Assembly: GCA_964581505.1 (NCBI GenBank)
Contig: CAZOOR010000006.1
Location: 8,781-72,780, forward strand
Length of the DNA stretch: 64,000 nucleotides
Direction of reading: 5' to 3'
Origin: an uncultured Hyphomicrobiales bacterium
GTDB taxonomy: Bacteria; Bacteroidota; Ignavibacteria; Kapaibacteriales; UBA2268
Shown: one piece after another, positions 29,265-40,281 of the stretch
Layout of the letters: every line of letters starts with the position of its first letter
How positions within the stretch are numbered: the stretch's first letter is position 1
The notes under the pieces: model-generated
The model's database searches: none
Told to the model about the DNA's origin: nothing
What the model saw: the letters and a program-made list of their open reading frames with translations, nothing else
Program-made: the position numbers and the translations under genes

Positions 29265-30158
29265 TTATGAATTCTTATTTGTGCTGTGATTTATGTCGTT
29301 ATTATTTTTAACTTGGTTATTGAAAAAAGTTTCCAATCTATGTTGTCCATATTTGGGAGCAATCCCATCAACAGATAATACCGTTAAGAAAAATTCTATC
29401 GGACCATAAATTTTAGATGAAGTAAAAGTCCTGAAAAACCATATAGTAAATTTTCTAATCCAATCAGGCAGATGTACAATTTTCACATCTTTTGAGTATG
29501 CATTTAGAGCCAAAGTTGCAATCTCATTTTGAGTTAAAATATCAGGTCCGCCAATACTTATTTCCGTTTCGGAAGTATTAATAGCCTGTACACAGATTTT
29601 AGCTAAGTCTTCACCATCTATCGGATTCATTTTGTACTGTCCATTCCCAAATAAATATACCTTACCTTTCTTAGCCATATTGAGAAAATCACTCATATCG
29701 GAATAAAATCCTGTTGGTCTTATTATAGTATATTCAAGAACGGAACTTTTCAATAAATCAACAAAGCGTTCTTTGGCTTCCATTATTTTTAATTCACGCA
29801 GTTTGTCCCCGTGAAGAACGGAAATATAAATAAACTTCCTTACTCCTGATTGTAGAGCCTCATTCAACAAATTGACATTTGCCTGATAATCAACGTCCAT
29901 ATATGTTAATCCGTCTTTTTGTCTTGTTATGCCAACTGTCGAGATAACAACATCAACATCTTCACAGCAGTTAATTAATGTATTTGCTTGTGTTACTTCG
30001 GCTGTTATTATATCCACGAAACTATTCTGTTGTATTGAAGACGGAATTTTTTTCGGATTGCGTACAATTGTTTTAACCGGATATTTTTGGCGTATAAGTT
30101 CTTTTAGAATATAAGCACCCAAGTATCCGGTAGAGCCTGCTATTAGTATTTTTTTCAT
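29265..30158 (-). CDS. NAD(P)-binding NmrA-like / SDR-family epimerase-dehydratase-like protein
   Basis: N-terminal KILIAGSTGYLGAYILKEL Rossmann motif. Confidence 0.55.
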   Translation of the reverse strand: MKKILIAGSTGYLGAYILKELIRQKYPVKTIVRNPKKIPSSIQQNSFVDIITAEVTQANTLINCCEDVDVVISTVGITRQKDGLTYMDVDYQANVNLLNEALQSGVRKFIYISVLHGDKLRELKIMEAKERFVDLLKSSVLEYTIIRPTGFYSDMSDFLNMAKKGKVYLFGNGQYKMNPIDGEDLAKICVQAINTSETEISIGGPDILTQNEIATLALNAYSKDVKIVHLPDWIRKFTIWFFRTFTSSKIYGPIEFFLTVLSVDGIAPKYGQHRLETFFNNQVKNNNDINHSTNKNS

Positions 30159-30282
30159 AATGTAATCTCCATATTATTTATAATCAATATAGTACATTAG
30201 CCCTGTAGCTTGTTGTTTAGATATTTACAAAAAAGGGTTACCCGTATTATCAAGTAACCCTAATAATTAAAATTGACAATGC

Positions 30283-32199
30283 TTATTTTGGCGTAATAAC
30301 ATGAATCTGAACAGTACGGGAAAGTTGTCTGCCTATTGCTTTATCATTATTAAAGATAGGTACACTTTCGCCAACACCATAAACATCTAACTTGACATCT
30401 TTCTTCTTTTTCTTAATATAATCCCTGACGGCTTCGGCACGGCGGCGAGCAAGTTTTTGATTATATTTATCATCACCTATCCTATCCGTGTAACCGTAAA
30501 TTTTAATAGTAGAGTTATATTTAACAGCCGGAATAATATATTCGTCAATAATCTTTTGGTCGGCTTGCGAGATTTCCGATTTATCAAAATCGAAAAGAAT
30601 AAGACTGAACTTAGAAACAATTCTATCCGGCAAATCTTCCGTTTTCTTTCTGTTCGTTGAGTAGTATTCAATAGGAATTGAACCGGTAACTGTTTTCTCA
30701 ACGCCATTAACGGTTGTAGCTGTTAGTTTATAATCAATAGGTACTTGCTTGTTTGTCAGTTCGTTCGGGCGGATAGTCCACTGCATTGGCGGGGGCAGAC
30801 CCAAGCCTTTGTTTCGGCGTAGTAATCTATCCGATTGAGTTATTTCCATTGTCCAAGTGATAATGGAATCTTCGGATAGTGCATAAGGAACAAATTCAAT
30901 AAGAGAAGGCTCGGCAAGTCTTTGGTTCTCACTCTGTATCAATATAGGTTTGAATAAGTCCGGTGTATTACTATAGAATTCAATTCTTCTATTTTCCGAA
31001 ATGCCGTCCGGGTCGCGCAATGATGAAGGCTTTTGCGGCAATCCACCACCCTTAACAGTAATTTTTTTCGGGTCAATATCGAAATTCTCTACGAGATAAT
31101 CCTTTGCGTAAACTGCACGCATAAGAGCAAGGTCTTTGCTGTTTTTTTCGCTTGCTCCATCAATAGTGCCGACAATAGTTAGGTCGGCATTTGGTCTTGT
31201 CTCCATTCTTTTTCCGACAACATCAAGCGTACTCATATTGATTTTCATAGCATCGGGTTCTAATCTCTGTATCGAGAATTCACCGCTTTCGGTTTTACCA
31301 ATCATTACTTGTGCATCTTCCTGCGGTTCAATAGTATTCTTGTCAAGGAATATATAAGGAATGAATGGATAAAGCTCCGAATACTGAACATCTTCTACTT
31401 TAACCGATTGAACCGGGGCAGTCGTACCGTCAGGATTGTAATATCTGACTTCCTTGAAACCAAGGTCAATACCTGCCGCAGGTTGCGGTTCGGGTTTTGA
31501 ATCGCTTTCGAGTGAATATGTAAGATTAACACCCAGCCTCAATTGCGATGCTTTCCAAGTAGTTAAGTTTGTAGCCGCCGATACTCTCGTTATCGGAAAC
31601 CTGAACGATAGTTCCGGTGTTACATAAAACTTATCGCTTATTTGGAACATATAACCAACACCAATTGCCAATGCCGCACGGATATTTGTCGATGGAATAT
31701 TATTGCTGTCAATTCCGTCTCCGTTCTCTGTTAATCTATAATCATTATCAATTGGAAAACCGAACTCTAAACCGGCAAGGAAATAAAGCGGTTTAACCGG
31801 CAATAGGTTATGAAACTGCATAATCGGTGATACTTCCAAATAGCCGAGACCAAAATCATATTTTCGATTTCGATATGAAATATTTTTCGAAAAAAGTTCT
31901 ACGCTCATCGGATTATATCCGATTCTACCTGTCATTACAAATATATCGTCAATCGGGAACAGACCGATAAGTCCGAGATTTCCTGTGTACGATGTATTAT
32001 TCTCATTGAAAAACGGATTGTCCGGTGATAAGCCGTCCGGAAATGCCGGTTGGTGCATATTTACATTCAATCCCCCATATATGCCCAATGACAGCGGAAC
32101 TTTGAAATTGTCCGCTTTTTTTCCCGTGGCGTTCTGTGCTAATGTCGCTACGCTAAACGTAACGAATATGAACAAAAATAAGATTGTTAACTTCCTCAT
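30283..32199 (-). CDS. OmpA-family outer membrane protein (N-terminal beta-barrel, C-terminal peptidoglycan-binding OmpA domain)
   Basis: Signal peptide; C-terminal FDFDKSEISQADQKIIDEYIIPAV...YGYTDRIGDDKYNQKLARRRAEAVRDYI OmpA_C motif. Confidence 0.65.
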   Translation of the reverse strand: MRKLTILFLFIFVTFSVATLAQNATGKKADNFKVPLSLGIYGGLNVNMHQPAFPDGLSPDNPFFNENNTSYTGNLGLIGLFPIDDIFVMTGRIGYNPMSVELFSKNISYRNRKYDFGLGYLEVSPIMQFHNLLPVKPLYFLAGLEFGFPIDNDYRLTENGDGIDSNNIPSTNIRAALAIGVGYMFQISDKFYVTPELSFRFPITRVSAATNLTTWKASQLRLGVNLTYSLESDSKPEPQPAAGIDLGFKEVRYYNPDGTTAPVQSVKVEDVQYSELYPFIPYIFLDKNTIEPQEDAQVMIGKTESGEFSIQRLEPDAMKINMSTLDVVGKRMETRPNADLTIVGTIDGASEKNSKDLALMRAVYAKDYLVENFDIDPKKITVKGGGLPQKPSSLRDPDGISENRRIEFYSNTPDLFKPILIQSENQRLAEPSLIEFVPYALSEDSIITWTMEITQSDRLLRRNKGLGLPPPMQWTIRPNELTNKQVPIDYKLTATTVNGVEKTVTGSIPIEYYSTNRKKTEDLPDRIVSKFSLILFDFDKSEISQADQKIIDEYIIPAVKYNSTIKIYGYTDRIGDDKYNQKLARRRAEAVRDYIKKKKKDVKLDVYGVGESVPIFNNDKAIGRQLSRTVQIHVITPK

Positions 32200-32267
32200 T
32201 GCTGCAACTCTTCTTTTTGTGAAAAATAATATTTATTCTTTTTTATACTTACAAATTTAAGAAAAAA

Positions 32268-32900
32268 TTAATTGCTTCGCATTGTAAAAAGCAAAACGAC
32301 CGTAATCACTGCGGCACTTACAACAGCAACCGGTTGCACAATGTCTTTCCAGAATGAAGACGGTGGTTCGGGAATTTTCGCTTTTGCAAATTTATAAGTA
32401 CTTTCATTGTACAGTACGGCATCTTCACGTGAAATTTTATCTATATTTGTTTCTATATCGAAATTGAGGGGGAGTATTCTATTGTCCTTGAGTAGTAGAG
32501 TAGCTGATAAATCACAATCAATATATCTTAGCAATGAATCATTGTCGTTCTCATCATTAGCGTATTTCACAAGAATTGAATTGCTAAAATCAAGATAAGG
32601 TTTTTTGCTTGTTCCATTATCGCTGACAAAGAGAGCGATATTGGCATTTGCGGCGCGAGAGAGCAATAATGAATTAAAAAATCGTTCAGCTTCTATTGTT
32701 TTAATGTTAGAATATACGGTATCGCAGTTATTATGTATTAATTGAGTAATAATGCTGTCAGCCATTGCGACAAGATCCTGTTTAATAACTTTAATATTTG
32801 TCAAAGCCTCTCTCTGCTCAGCCACAGAAAAAGATGAAGTAAAAGACAATAACAAGAAAGAAAAAAATAAAAGCAAACTATTTTTCGGAAGATATTTCAT
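32268..32900 (-). CDS. Hypothetical secreted protein with C-terminal membrane anchor
   Basis: Signal peptide and C-terminal hydrophobic helix only. Confidence 0.25.
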   Translation of the reverse strand: MKYLPKNSLLLFFSFLLLSFTSSFSVAEQREALTNIKVIKQDLVAMADSIITQLIHNNCDTVYSNIKTIEAERFFNSLLLSRAANANIALFVSDNGTSKKPYLDFSNSILVKYANDENDNDSLLRYIDCDLSATLLLKDNRILPLNFDIETNIDKISREDAVLYNESTYKFAKAKIPEPPSSFWKDIVQPVAVVSAAVITVVLLFTMRSN

Positions 32901-32903
32901 TGG

Positions 32904-33395
32904 CTACCTGTGTGAAATATTCCGTTTCAGCTTGATAAAAGCAGATGTAAGTTCCCTTTCGCTCCAATATGAAGAAGGTCTGATAATTAGCGGACGTTTG
33001 CGAATTTTTAATTTGATTTTAATTATCCTGAATTTACCGGTGTACTTGGCATATTCTCTGCCAATAAATATTCTTGCAATATCTTCCTTAGTAAAAGTCC
33101 GCTTCCTAAATCTATTACTGAAAATAACAAAATCCTCACCGATAATAATTTCCTTTTTCTTCGATGTTTCGACAAAAAGCCCGACAGCAGTAAGAACAAT
33201 AAATACAGCCAATAGTATGACGACAGGGTCAAGTAGAGTGAACGTCAGTGTACGGTCTGCCAAACTGCCCTTAATAAGAGCATATAAGATAATGGCAATT
33301 GCATAGACAGCAATATACTTCCAATAAAAATCCAATCTACGTGTGAAGGATTTTCCGTTTTCAATTTTTTCTGTATTGATGTCCGTCTTGTTCAT
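32904..33395 (-). CDS. Hypothetical membrane protein (2 TM)
   Basis: Two hydrophobic helices, basic C-terminal tail; 4-nt spacing to the downstream ORF. Confidence 0.25.
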   Translation of the reverse strand: MNKTDINTEKIENGKSFTRRLDFYWKYIAVYAIAIILYALIKGSLADRTLTFTLLDPVVILLAVFIVLTAVGLFVETSKKKEIIIGEDFVIFSNRFRKRTFTKEDIARIFIGREYAKYTGKFRIIKIKLKIRKRPLIIRPSSYWSERELTSAFIKLKRNISHR

Positions 33396-33468
33396 TTCAA
33401 TTATTTAATAACAAAAACAATATACACAAAGTTAATATTTTTAGAACAAAATACAATAAATAATTATG

Positions 33469-34563
33469 CTAAGAGGCAAAAAGTTTCAAAATAAATTTAG
33501 CCGCATCTTTTGCGGCATTGGGTTTTGCAAGTGATTTTGCCGATACCGACATTTCGTTAATCTTTGATTCATTGTAGAGTAACTCAGGAATAACGTATTC
33601 GATTTTATCCCACAATTGATTATCGCGGAGCATATAGCCGGCGCCCTTTTCTTCAAAAATCTTAGCATTATATGTCTGATGGTCATTTGCCGCATTAGGA
33701 TATGGAACGAGCAATGCCGGTTTGGCAACAATGGCAAGTTCCGCTATCGTAGTAGCGCCGGAACGAGCTAGTACAATATCTGCGGCTGAATATGCCGAAG
33801 CCATATCATCAATAAACGGGAAAATCTTAATATTATCGGTTGCGGATATATTCGGTTTGAATGTATTGCCCGTCTGCCAAATAATTTGCAAATCATCTGC
33901 TTTCCCAGATTTGATAAATTTTTCTACCGCTTGATTAATTGTTCTTGCTCCGAGGCTACCACCAAAAACAAGAACTGTTTTTTTATCAGTTTGCAAACCG
34001 AACTTATTCAAAGCCGTTTCGCTTGCGGGTAAATCAAGTAAATCTTGTCGGACAGGATTACCTATGTTAATTATCCTTGTTTTTGCACCTTGTTTCAAAT
34101 ATTTCAAACTTTCCTCGAAAGCAGTGAAAATAAGCGAACTGCGTGATGCAAGTGCTTTGATAGATTTTCCCGGATAGACATTGGACTCCATCAATACCAA
34201 TGGTTTGCGTTTCATTGTTGCGGCAATTCCGGCAGGGTAGCTCAAATAAGCACCGGCACATAGTACGGCGTTTATTTCATATTTATCAATTAAATTCTGA
34301 CAAATATTCATAGAACTCAAGGTTTTGAATGGAATAAGAAAATTAGCCGGTGAAAATTTACCCTTGAAGCCACGCATAGGAATATTATAAAAAGGATAGC
34401 CCGCTTCGGGTACTTTCTTCCCTTCTATTCTGTGAGCGTTACCAACAAATACGGCGTTAAAATCATCGCCGAGTTCATTTTGTAATTCTTCGACTACGGA
34501 AATTGCAGGGAACAGATGCCCCCCTGTCCCTCCGGCGGCAACAAGCAGATTAAATTTCGACAT
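33469..34563 (-). CDS. murG: Undecaprenyldiphospho-muramoylpentapeptide beta-N-acetylglucosaminyltransferase
   Basis: LVAAGGTGGHLFPAISV N-terminus; GT28 C-terminal domain. Confidence 0.85.
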   Translation of the reverse strand: MSKFNLLVAAGGTGGHLFPAISVVEELQNELGDDFNAVFVGNAHRIEGKKVPEAGYPFYNIPMRGFKGKFSPANFLIPFKTLSSMNICQNLIDKYEINAVLCAGAYLSYPAGIAATMKRKPLVLMESNVYPGKSIKALASRSSLIFTAFEESLKYLKQGAKTRIINIGNPVRQDLLDLPASETALNKFGLQTDKKTVLVFGGSLGARTINQAVEKFIKSGKADDLQIIWQTGNTFKPNISATDNIKIFPFIDDMASAYSAADIVLARSGATTIAELAIVAKPALLVPYPNAANDHQTYNAKIFEEKGAGYMLRDNQLWDKIEYVIPELLYNESKINEMSVSAKSLAKPNAAKDAAKFILKLFAS

Positions 34564-34579
34564 AGTTATTCATTATTAC

Positions 34580-35443
34580 TTATAATTTTTCAAATTCAAT
34601 ATGTATATCGGCGGCTTTGACGCTATGTGTCAGCGCTCCTATTGATATTGCATTAATTCCGGTATCTAAATATTCTCTAAAATTAGAGTAATTAATCCCA
34701 CCGGACGACTCAATGAAAACGTCATTCCCGCCGGAATATGAGCGAATTAGTCTTACAGCCGAAATTGTTTGCTCACGATTCATATTGTCAAGCAAGAAAC
34801 CGTCCACACCGGCTTGCATAGCCTCTTTGATTTGCTCTTCGTTCTCTACTTCGATTTCAAGCGGCAGAGTATAATGCTTTCCTTTGAGCATTGCGATAGC
34901 TTCGCTCACGCTTCCTGCGGCTTCTATATGATTATCCTTAATCAATATGCCCGAAGATAAATCCATTCTGTGATTATAACCGCCACCCATACTGACGGAA
35001 TATTTCTCGAATAGCCGCAATCCGGGTGTTGTCTTTCGAGTATCAAGAATTTTCACATTATAAGGGCGGGCTATGGTGGCAAACTTAGCCGCCATAGTGG
35101 CTATGCCGGACATTCTTTGAATTAGGTTGAGATACACCCTTTCCTTTTTCAAAATGTCGGCGGCATCACCGCTCAAAATTGCAATAACAGTGCCGTCCGA
35201 AACAGATTCGCGGTCATTATGCAAAATTTCGACTTCCTGAGCCGAAAAAATATGCTTAGTCAGATTAATCCCTGCAAGCACAATGTCCTCTTCTGCTTGA
35301 ATAATAGCACGTACCGGATTGTCATCTCTATAAATACCGTCAGTAGTTTTATCCCCATCGGGTAAATCTTCGCGAAGGAACTCGTCTATTTTACGAGAAA
35401 TATATTCTGCCGGCAGTTCTGTCAGTTGCGGATATTCAATCAA
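34580..35443 (-). CDS. nadC: Nicotinate-nucleotide pyrophosphorylase (carboxylating), quinolinate phosphoribosyltransferase
   Basis: QPRTase signatures; adjacent to nadA. Confidence 0.85.
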   Translation of the reverse strand: MIEYPQLTELPAEYISRKIDEFLREDLPDGDKTTDGIYRDDNPVRAIIQAEEDIVLAGINLTKHIFSAQEVEILHNDRESVSDGTVIAILSGDAADILKKERVYLNLIQRMSGIATMAAKFATIARPYNVKILDTRKTTPGLRLFEKYSVSMGGGYNHRMDLSSGILIKDNHIEAAGSVSEAIAMLKGKHYTLPLEIEVENEEQIKEAMQAGVDGFLLDNMNREQTISAVRLIRSYSGGNDVFIESSGGINYSNFREYLDTGINAISIGALTHSVKAADIHIEFEKL

Positions 35444-35454
35444 TTTTCTTTCCT

Positions 35455-36375
35455 TTAACTTAGTTCGAGCATACGTTCGAGCGGCTTTAAAGCACGCAAT
35501 CTTATTTCTTCGTCCATTATGATTTCCGGTTCGAGCGTTTCGAGTGCCGCAATCATTTTATCAATTGTGTTTAATTTCATATATGGACAATTATTACAAT
35601 CACACCCATCAATATTCGGTACCGAGTAATACTTTTTATCGGGCGCTTTCAATTCAATTTGATGAATGATACCCGGTTCGGTCAGAATAATAAATTCCTT
35701 CTTATTGCTATTTGTAGCATAGTTCAAAATACCTGTAGTCGAGCCGACAAAATCGGCATAATCCAATAGAGTTTGTGGGCATTCCGGATGTGCCAATACA
35801 TCGGCTTCGGGGTATTTGCTCATCAAGTTCAGCAATTCTATTTCGGAAAACTGTTCGTGAACTTCGCAACTTCCGTCCCAAAGCACCATATCCCTACCGG
35901 TCTGTTTCATAACGTAAGAACCGAGATATTTATCGGGGGCAAAACATATTTTTTCGTTCGATGGCAGGGAATTAACTATCTTGACAGAATTGGAAGAAGT
36001 AACAATAATATCCGACATTGCTTTGACATCAGCTGTACAATTGATATACGAAAGAATGGTATGGTCTGAATGCGCTTCCACCCATTCCTTGAATTTAGCC
36101 GGTGGCGCCGAATCGGCGAGCGAGCAACCGGCTTCCATATCGGGTATTAGAACCGTTTTTGTCGGATTTAATATTTTGGCAGTTTCTGCCATAAAATGTA
36201 CACCGCAGAACAATATTACATCTGCATCGGTTTCCTTAGCCGCCTGTGCCAAAGCCAGCGAATCGCCGAGGAAATCGGCTATATCCTGTATCTCCGCTTC
36301 CTGATAATAATGAGCGAGAATTATTGCGTTACGCTCTTTTCTCAGACGGTTAAGTTTTTCTATTTTTGTTTCCAT
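35455..36375 (-). CDS. nadA: Quinolinate synthase A
   Basis: ILAHYYQ..., conserved Cys residues, about 306 aa. Confidence 0.85.
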   Translation of the reverse strand: METKIEKLNRLRKERNAIILAHYYQEAEIQDIADFLGDSLALAQAAKETDADVILFCGVHFMAETAKILNPTKTVLIPDMEAGCSLADSAPPAKFKEWVEAHSDHTILSYINCTADVKAMSDIIVTSSNSVKIVNSLPSNEKICFAPDKYLGSYVMKQTGRDMVLWDGSCEVHEQFSEIELLNLMSKYPEADVLAHPECPQTLLDYADFVGSTTGILNYATNSNKKEFIILTEPGIIHQIELKAPDKKYYSVPNIDGCDCNNCPYMKLNTIDKMIAALETLEPEIIMDEEIRLRALKPLERMLELS

Positions 36376-36416
36376 TGCTTACTTTCATCTTTTATTGTTT
36401 GAAACGAATTGTTTCC

Positions 36417-37103
36417 CTATTTGTTTTTATTCTTTTTAACGGCAATAATACGCTCGAAAGGTATATTCTCTTTTATGCAAAATGTTTCTTTGTTTGTAGG
36501 GGGCAAATCCCAACTGTCTGTCTTCGGTATTATTTGATAATCAAATAAACCGATTGCTTCGAGCATTTTGAGATGATGATGATGTACTTCGGGGACATCG
36601 CTTGCAAGAAACAATTTGCCACCGGGAATAAGTACCCGATGAAATTCCGATAGAACGGACTTGTTAAAAGCACGCCGTTTTTGATGTTTCTTTTTGGGCC
36701 ACGGGTCAGGGAATAAATATAGTATCCTTTCGATACTTTCGCTTTCAATGAAATTCAGACCGTTTACAACACTATACCAGAGTAAGGAAACATTAGGAAT
36801 AGATTCACCACTTATAACGCCGCCGAGCCAGTCGGTAACAATTTTCCTTACTTCAATCCCAAGGAAATTTTTCTTCGGTTCGCTTTCTGCCAAATCAAGA
36901 AGTAATTTTCCTTTACCGCAACCTACATCAAGAACTCCCGGTGGCAACCCGTCTGCAAAGTGTGCCGTCCAATCTATTTGCTCAATCAGTGGTGGATAAT
37001 AACGCGGTCTTTTCTTCAGCTCTGCTAGCGGAAAATACAAATTAGCCGCTGTATGATGGCGCAGCTTCTTCGGTTGCGGATATTTATTAAAGTCTATCTT
37101 CAT
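36417..37103 (-). CDS. trmB: tRNA (guanine46-N7)-methyltransferase
   Basis: LDVGCGKGKLLLDLA SAM motif; LFPDPWPKKKHQKRR motif. Confidence 0.8.
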   Translation of the reverse strand: MKIDFNKYPQPKKLRHHTAANLYFPLAELKKRPRYYPPLIEQIDWTAHFADGLPPGVLDVGCGKGKLLLDLAESEPKKNFLGIEVRKIVTDWLGGVISGESIPNVSLLWYSVVNGLNFIESESIERILYLFPDPWPKKKHQKRRAFNKSVLSEFHRVLIPGGKLFLASDVPEVHHHHLKMLEAIGLFDYQIIPKTDSWDLPPTNKETFCIKENIPFERIIAVKKNKNK

Positions 37104-37186
37104 AACATTGCAAAATACTTAATTCATTTCCGGTTTGCAAATATCAACAAACCAAAATCTGATAATATAGTTGAATATTTTTTCAA

Positions 37187-37921
37187 TTATTCAATTACAG
37201 TTATTGTTAAATTATCAAAATAAGAAACGGCATCTGCTTTAGTCCAGAGTCCTGCTTTGCCCGCATTGCCAAATGTAGTATCCCGCACTTGGAATAATTG
37301 CTTGCCGTTCAGATAGACGGTAAATAAATCATTTGCCACTACGAGTTTCAAATCATTCCAACCGGAGCCGAGCGGTGCAACATCTGTACCATAAGTTCTC
37401 CCTTTTCCTATAAGTGGCAGGTCGGTTCTGACACCGCCTTTTACTCTGTAGAGAACAACATTGTCCTCCAAAGGATTGGCACGTACAACATAGTAATTGT
37501 CGGCATCTTTAAAACGCCATACAAAACCTCCACCTTGGTCCATTCTACCCCTAACACCTTTCATTTTTACTTCCATGGTTAGATTTTTTGCAGTCAGACT
37601 GTCGAAAACAATTACGTTAAAATGATAATTGGGGTTATCCGAGGAAAGCTGAGCAAGTACTTTGTTCCCCTTATCATCGACAATTTTCCAATCTGTTCCG
37701 CTACCCCTGCCCGTAAAATATTGCGACCAATCACTCGGAATTGTACCGGTTTCGTAATCCTCAAATGTAAAAGTAGTAGTAGCAACATTATTGCTTTTAA
37801 TAGTTTGCATGGTCTTTGCCGGTTCGGTTTTCTTTTCGGGAATATTATTTTTTTCGCTTTCGGCTTTGCCGCAACCGTAAACTAAAAATATGCCAAGTAA
37901 AAGTGTAAGAAATCCTTTCAT
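37187..37921 (-). CDS. Secreted lipoprotein, DUF1080-like (ConA/LamG-like fold; 3-keto-disaccharide hydrolase family)
   Basis: Lipobox LVYGC; beta-sandwich-like pattern ending GW...L....FDNL. Confidence 0.3.
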   Translation of the reverse strand: MKGFLTLLLGIFLVYGCGKAESEKNNIPEKKTEPAKTMQTIKSNNVATTTFTFEDYETGTIPSDWSQYFTGRGSGTDWKIVDDKGNKVLAQLSSDNPNYHFNVIVFDSLTAKNLTMEVKMKGVRGRMDQGGGFVWRFKDADNYYVVRANPLEDNVVLYRVKGGVRTDLPLIGKGRTYGTDVAPLGSGWNDLKLVVANDLFTVYLNGKQLFQVRDTTFGNAGKAGLWTKADAVSYFDNLTITVIE

Positions 37922-37958
37922 AATTTTATCCTTCCATAATTCTTTGAAAATATAAATA

Positions 37959-38705
37959 TTAGTATTCTAAAAAATATTTGACGTATTCATTGTTTGAATT
38001 TTTAATTTGCTGAACAGTTCCCTTGTCTTCTATGATTCCGTTATTGATTACAACAATTTCATCAGCAATAGCAAAGGCTTCACGGTGGTCGTGTGTTACA
38101 TAGATAATAGTCAAGTTTAATTTGCTATTGAGCATTTTTATATAATCCAAGATTTTCCGTTTCAATTTGACATCAAGATTAGCAAGCGGTTCGTCCATAA
38201 GTAAAATTTTAGGTTCAAGTACCAAAGCGCGGGCGATAGCAGTAAGCTGTTGCTGTCCGCCGGATAATTGATGTGGGTATTTATTACCATACTCTTGTAT
38301 CCCAAAGAATTTTAAAATATCAGAGACTTTCTCTTGAATATTTGATGTTTTTCTCTCAATTAATCCAAAGGCAATATTTTTATAAACCGTATAATGTGGC
38401 CAAAGTGCTAAATCCTGAAAAACAAATCCTATGTCCCGTTTATGTGCGGGTATTAATATTTCTCCACTATTTGACACAGTTCTATTATCAATTGAAATTG
38501 TACCGCTATCCGGAATTTCCAAACCGGCAATGAGACGTAATATTGTAGTTTTGCCACTACCGGAGCCACCGAGCAAGCATGTCAATTGATTTTTTTGTAT
38601 AAGTAAATCTAAACCGTTAAGCACCGATTTGTCTTTATACCTATGTTGTATATTATATAATTTAATCATAATAGTAGCTATATTTATTTTGATATATCTT
38701 GACAA
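37959..38705 (-). CDS. ABC transporter ATP-binding protein (iron(III)/thiamine-type importer)
   Basis: Walker A LLGGSGSGKTT, signature LSGGQQQ, Walker B LLMDEP. Confidence 0.8.
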   Translation of the reverse strand: MSRYIKINIATIMIKLYNIQHRYKDKSVLNGLDLLIQKNQLTCLLGGSGSGKTTILRLIAGLEIPDSGTISIDNRTVSNSGEILIPAHKRDIGFVFQDLALWPHYTVYKNIAFGLIERKTSNIQEKVSDILKFFGIQEYGNKYPHQLSGGQQQLTAIARALVLEPKILLMDEPLANLDVKLKRKILDYIKMLNSKLNLTIIYVTHDHREAFAIADEIVVINNGIIEDKGTVQQIKNSNNEYVKYFLEY

Positions 38706-40281
38706 TCAAAAAGAAAAATGAAATAATTACCAAAGTAATAGCAAAAACTACCAAAGACATAGAACTTGTAAGCGATTGCGGAGCGTTAGCCATAATTGTA
38801 AATACTTTAATCGGCATTATCTCTGTTCCGGGTGGATATAACATAATGCTTGTTCCAAGTTCACTAAGACAAAAAATAAAGCTAAGAACTATTGCCGCAA
38901 ACAATGTAGGCAAAATTAACGGTAGTAATATCTTAGTAATTTGTCTGTATGGTTTACTTCCCTGTATTTGCGCCGCTTCGAATAAGGAATTTGGAATTTG
39001 CTTAATTGCGTTTGCTATTAGTTTGGAAGAAATGAATGAAAATTTACCTGCATAGCCAATTATGATAATGGCATATCCCGAATATATAAAATCAAAGATT
39101 GCGTGATTGTAAAATTTAATTAGGCTTATTCCAAAAACAGTAGATGGTATTGCAAAAATAAAGAGCAATAGCCAAGTAAATAGTTTTCCGGTTGTTTGGG
39201 AGCCATTAATAGTTAATAAATATGCGGACGCAAAACCGATAAGCACAATGACAAATGCCCCGATAACTGCTAATCCTATTGAGCTTCCGAGAGTAGGAAA
39301 CAATAAGCTGAATGCTTTAATAAATTGAACGGAACCACCTTTAAAAGATTGATAAAACAATATGATAAACGGTAGAATTATAAAGATAAAAAATAATATA
39401 AAAATCAAGGAGAAGCTTACATATTTCCATTGATATAATTCATATAATCTATTGTTTCTTCCTTTGCCTCCGAGTGATAGAAACTGTGCATCAGCAAGAT
39501 GCCTCCTCTCAATAAATAGCAGTACTATGCAAATTGAAATCAATAGTGTGGATTGCAAAATAGCAAATGAATGATTGTAGAATGCTGAAAATTGAGTAAA
39601 AATTTCGGTCGTAAGAACTTCTACTCCGAAAAATGCCGGCACAGTAAATTCGGAAATACTCAATATAAATATTAGTACAAAAGAAGTTATAATAGCAGGT
39701 TTAATCATTGGTAAAGTAATTTTTAGTATTATCCTTCTTAATCGAACAATTGTCAAAGCGGATTCTTCCAAATGAGTAGAAATATTGGTCAAAGCACTAC
39801 CAATAATAAGCATTGACAAAGGTGTGTAAATTGTTGTTAATACAAAAATCACTCCGATATATGTGGATATAATGCTACTACTACCGATAGAAAAATAAAA
39901 AAAATCTTTCCAAGCAACAGCCAAAATATATGGAGAAACAAATAATGGAATCAAAAATCCAATCTTAAAAAAGCCACGATATTTTATATTTGTCTTATAG
40001 AGTAAATAAGCTATAATTGCTCCCAATATAGTAGAAAGAAAGGCAATGGAAAAAGCGAGCATACTACTTTTTAAGAGAAGAAATAGGCTACTATTATCTA
40101 ATAATGAAAGGTTATTTTGTAATGAGCCGTCAAATATCAGTGTTGTCCCAATTGTATAAAAAACAGGAACAACAATTAATAAAAGAAATACTATGAAAAC
40201 AAATGTAGCTAATATAGTATTTGCTTTAACCCTGAATAAAGCTCTTTTCATAAGCAACAGTTTTAAATTTATTTCGCCCAT
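38662..40281 (-). CDS. ABC transporter permease, fused double-domain (FbpB/ThiP-like)
   Basis: About 12 TM helices, two EAA-like loops; sits between the SBP and ATPase genes. Confidence 0.7.
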   Translation of the reverse strand: MGEINLKLLLMKRALFRVKANTILATFVFIVFLLLIVVPVFYTIGTTLIFDGSLQNNLSLLDNSSLFLLLKSSMLAFSIAFLSTILGAIIAYLLYKTNIKYRGFFKIGFLIPLFVSPYILAVAWKDFFYFSIGSSSIISTYIGVIFVLTTIYTPLSMLIIGSALTNISTHLEESALTIVRLRRIILKITLPMIKPAIITSFVLIFILSISEFTVPAFFGVEVLTTEIFTQFSAFYNHSFAILQSTLLISICIVLLFIERRHLADAQFLSLGGKGRNNRLYELYQWKYVSFSLIFILFFIFIILPFIILFYQSFKGGSVQFIKAFSLLFPTLGSSIGLAVIGAFVIVLIGFASAYLLTINGSQTTGKLFTWLLLFIFAIPSTVFGISLIKFYNHAIFDFIYSGYAIIIIGYAGKFSFISSKLIANAIKQIPNSLFEAAQIQGSKPYRQITKILLPLILPTLFAAIVLSFIFCLSELGTSIMLYPPGTEIMPIKVFTIMANAPQSLTSSMSLVVFAITLVIISFFFLIVKIYQNKYSYYYD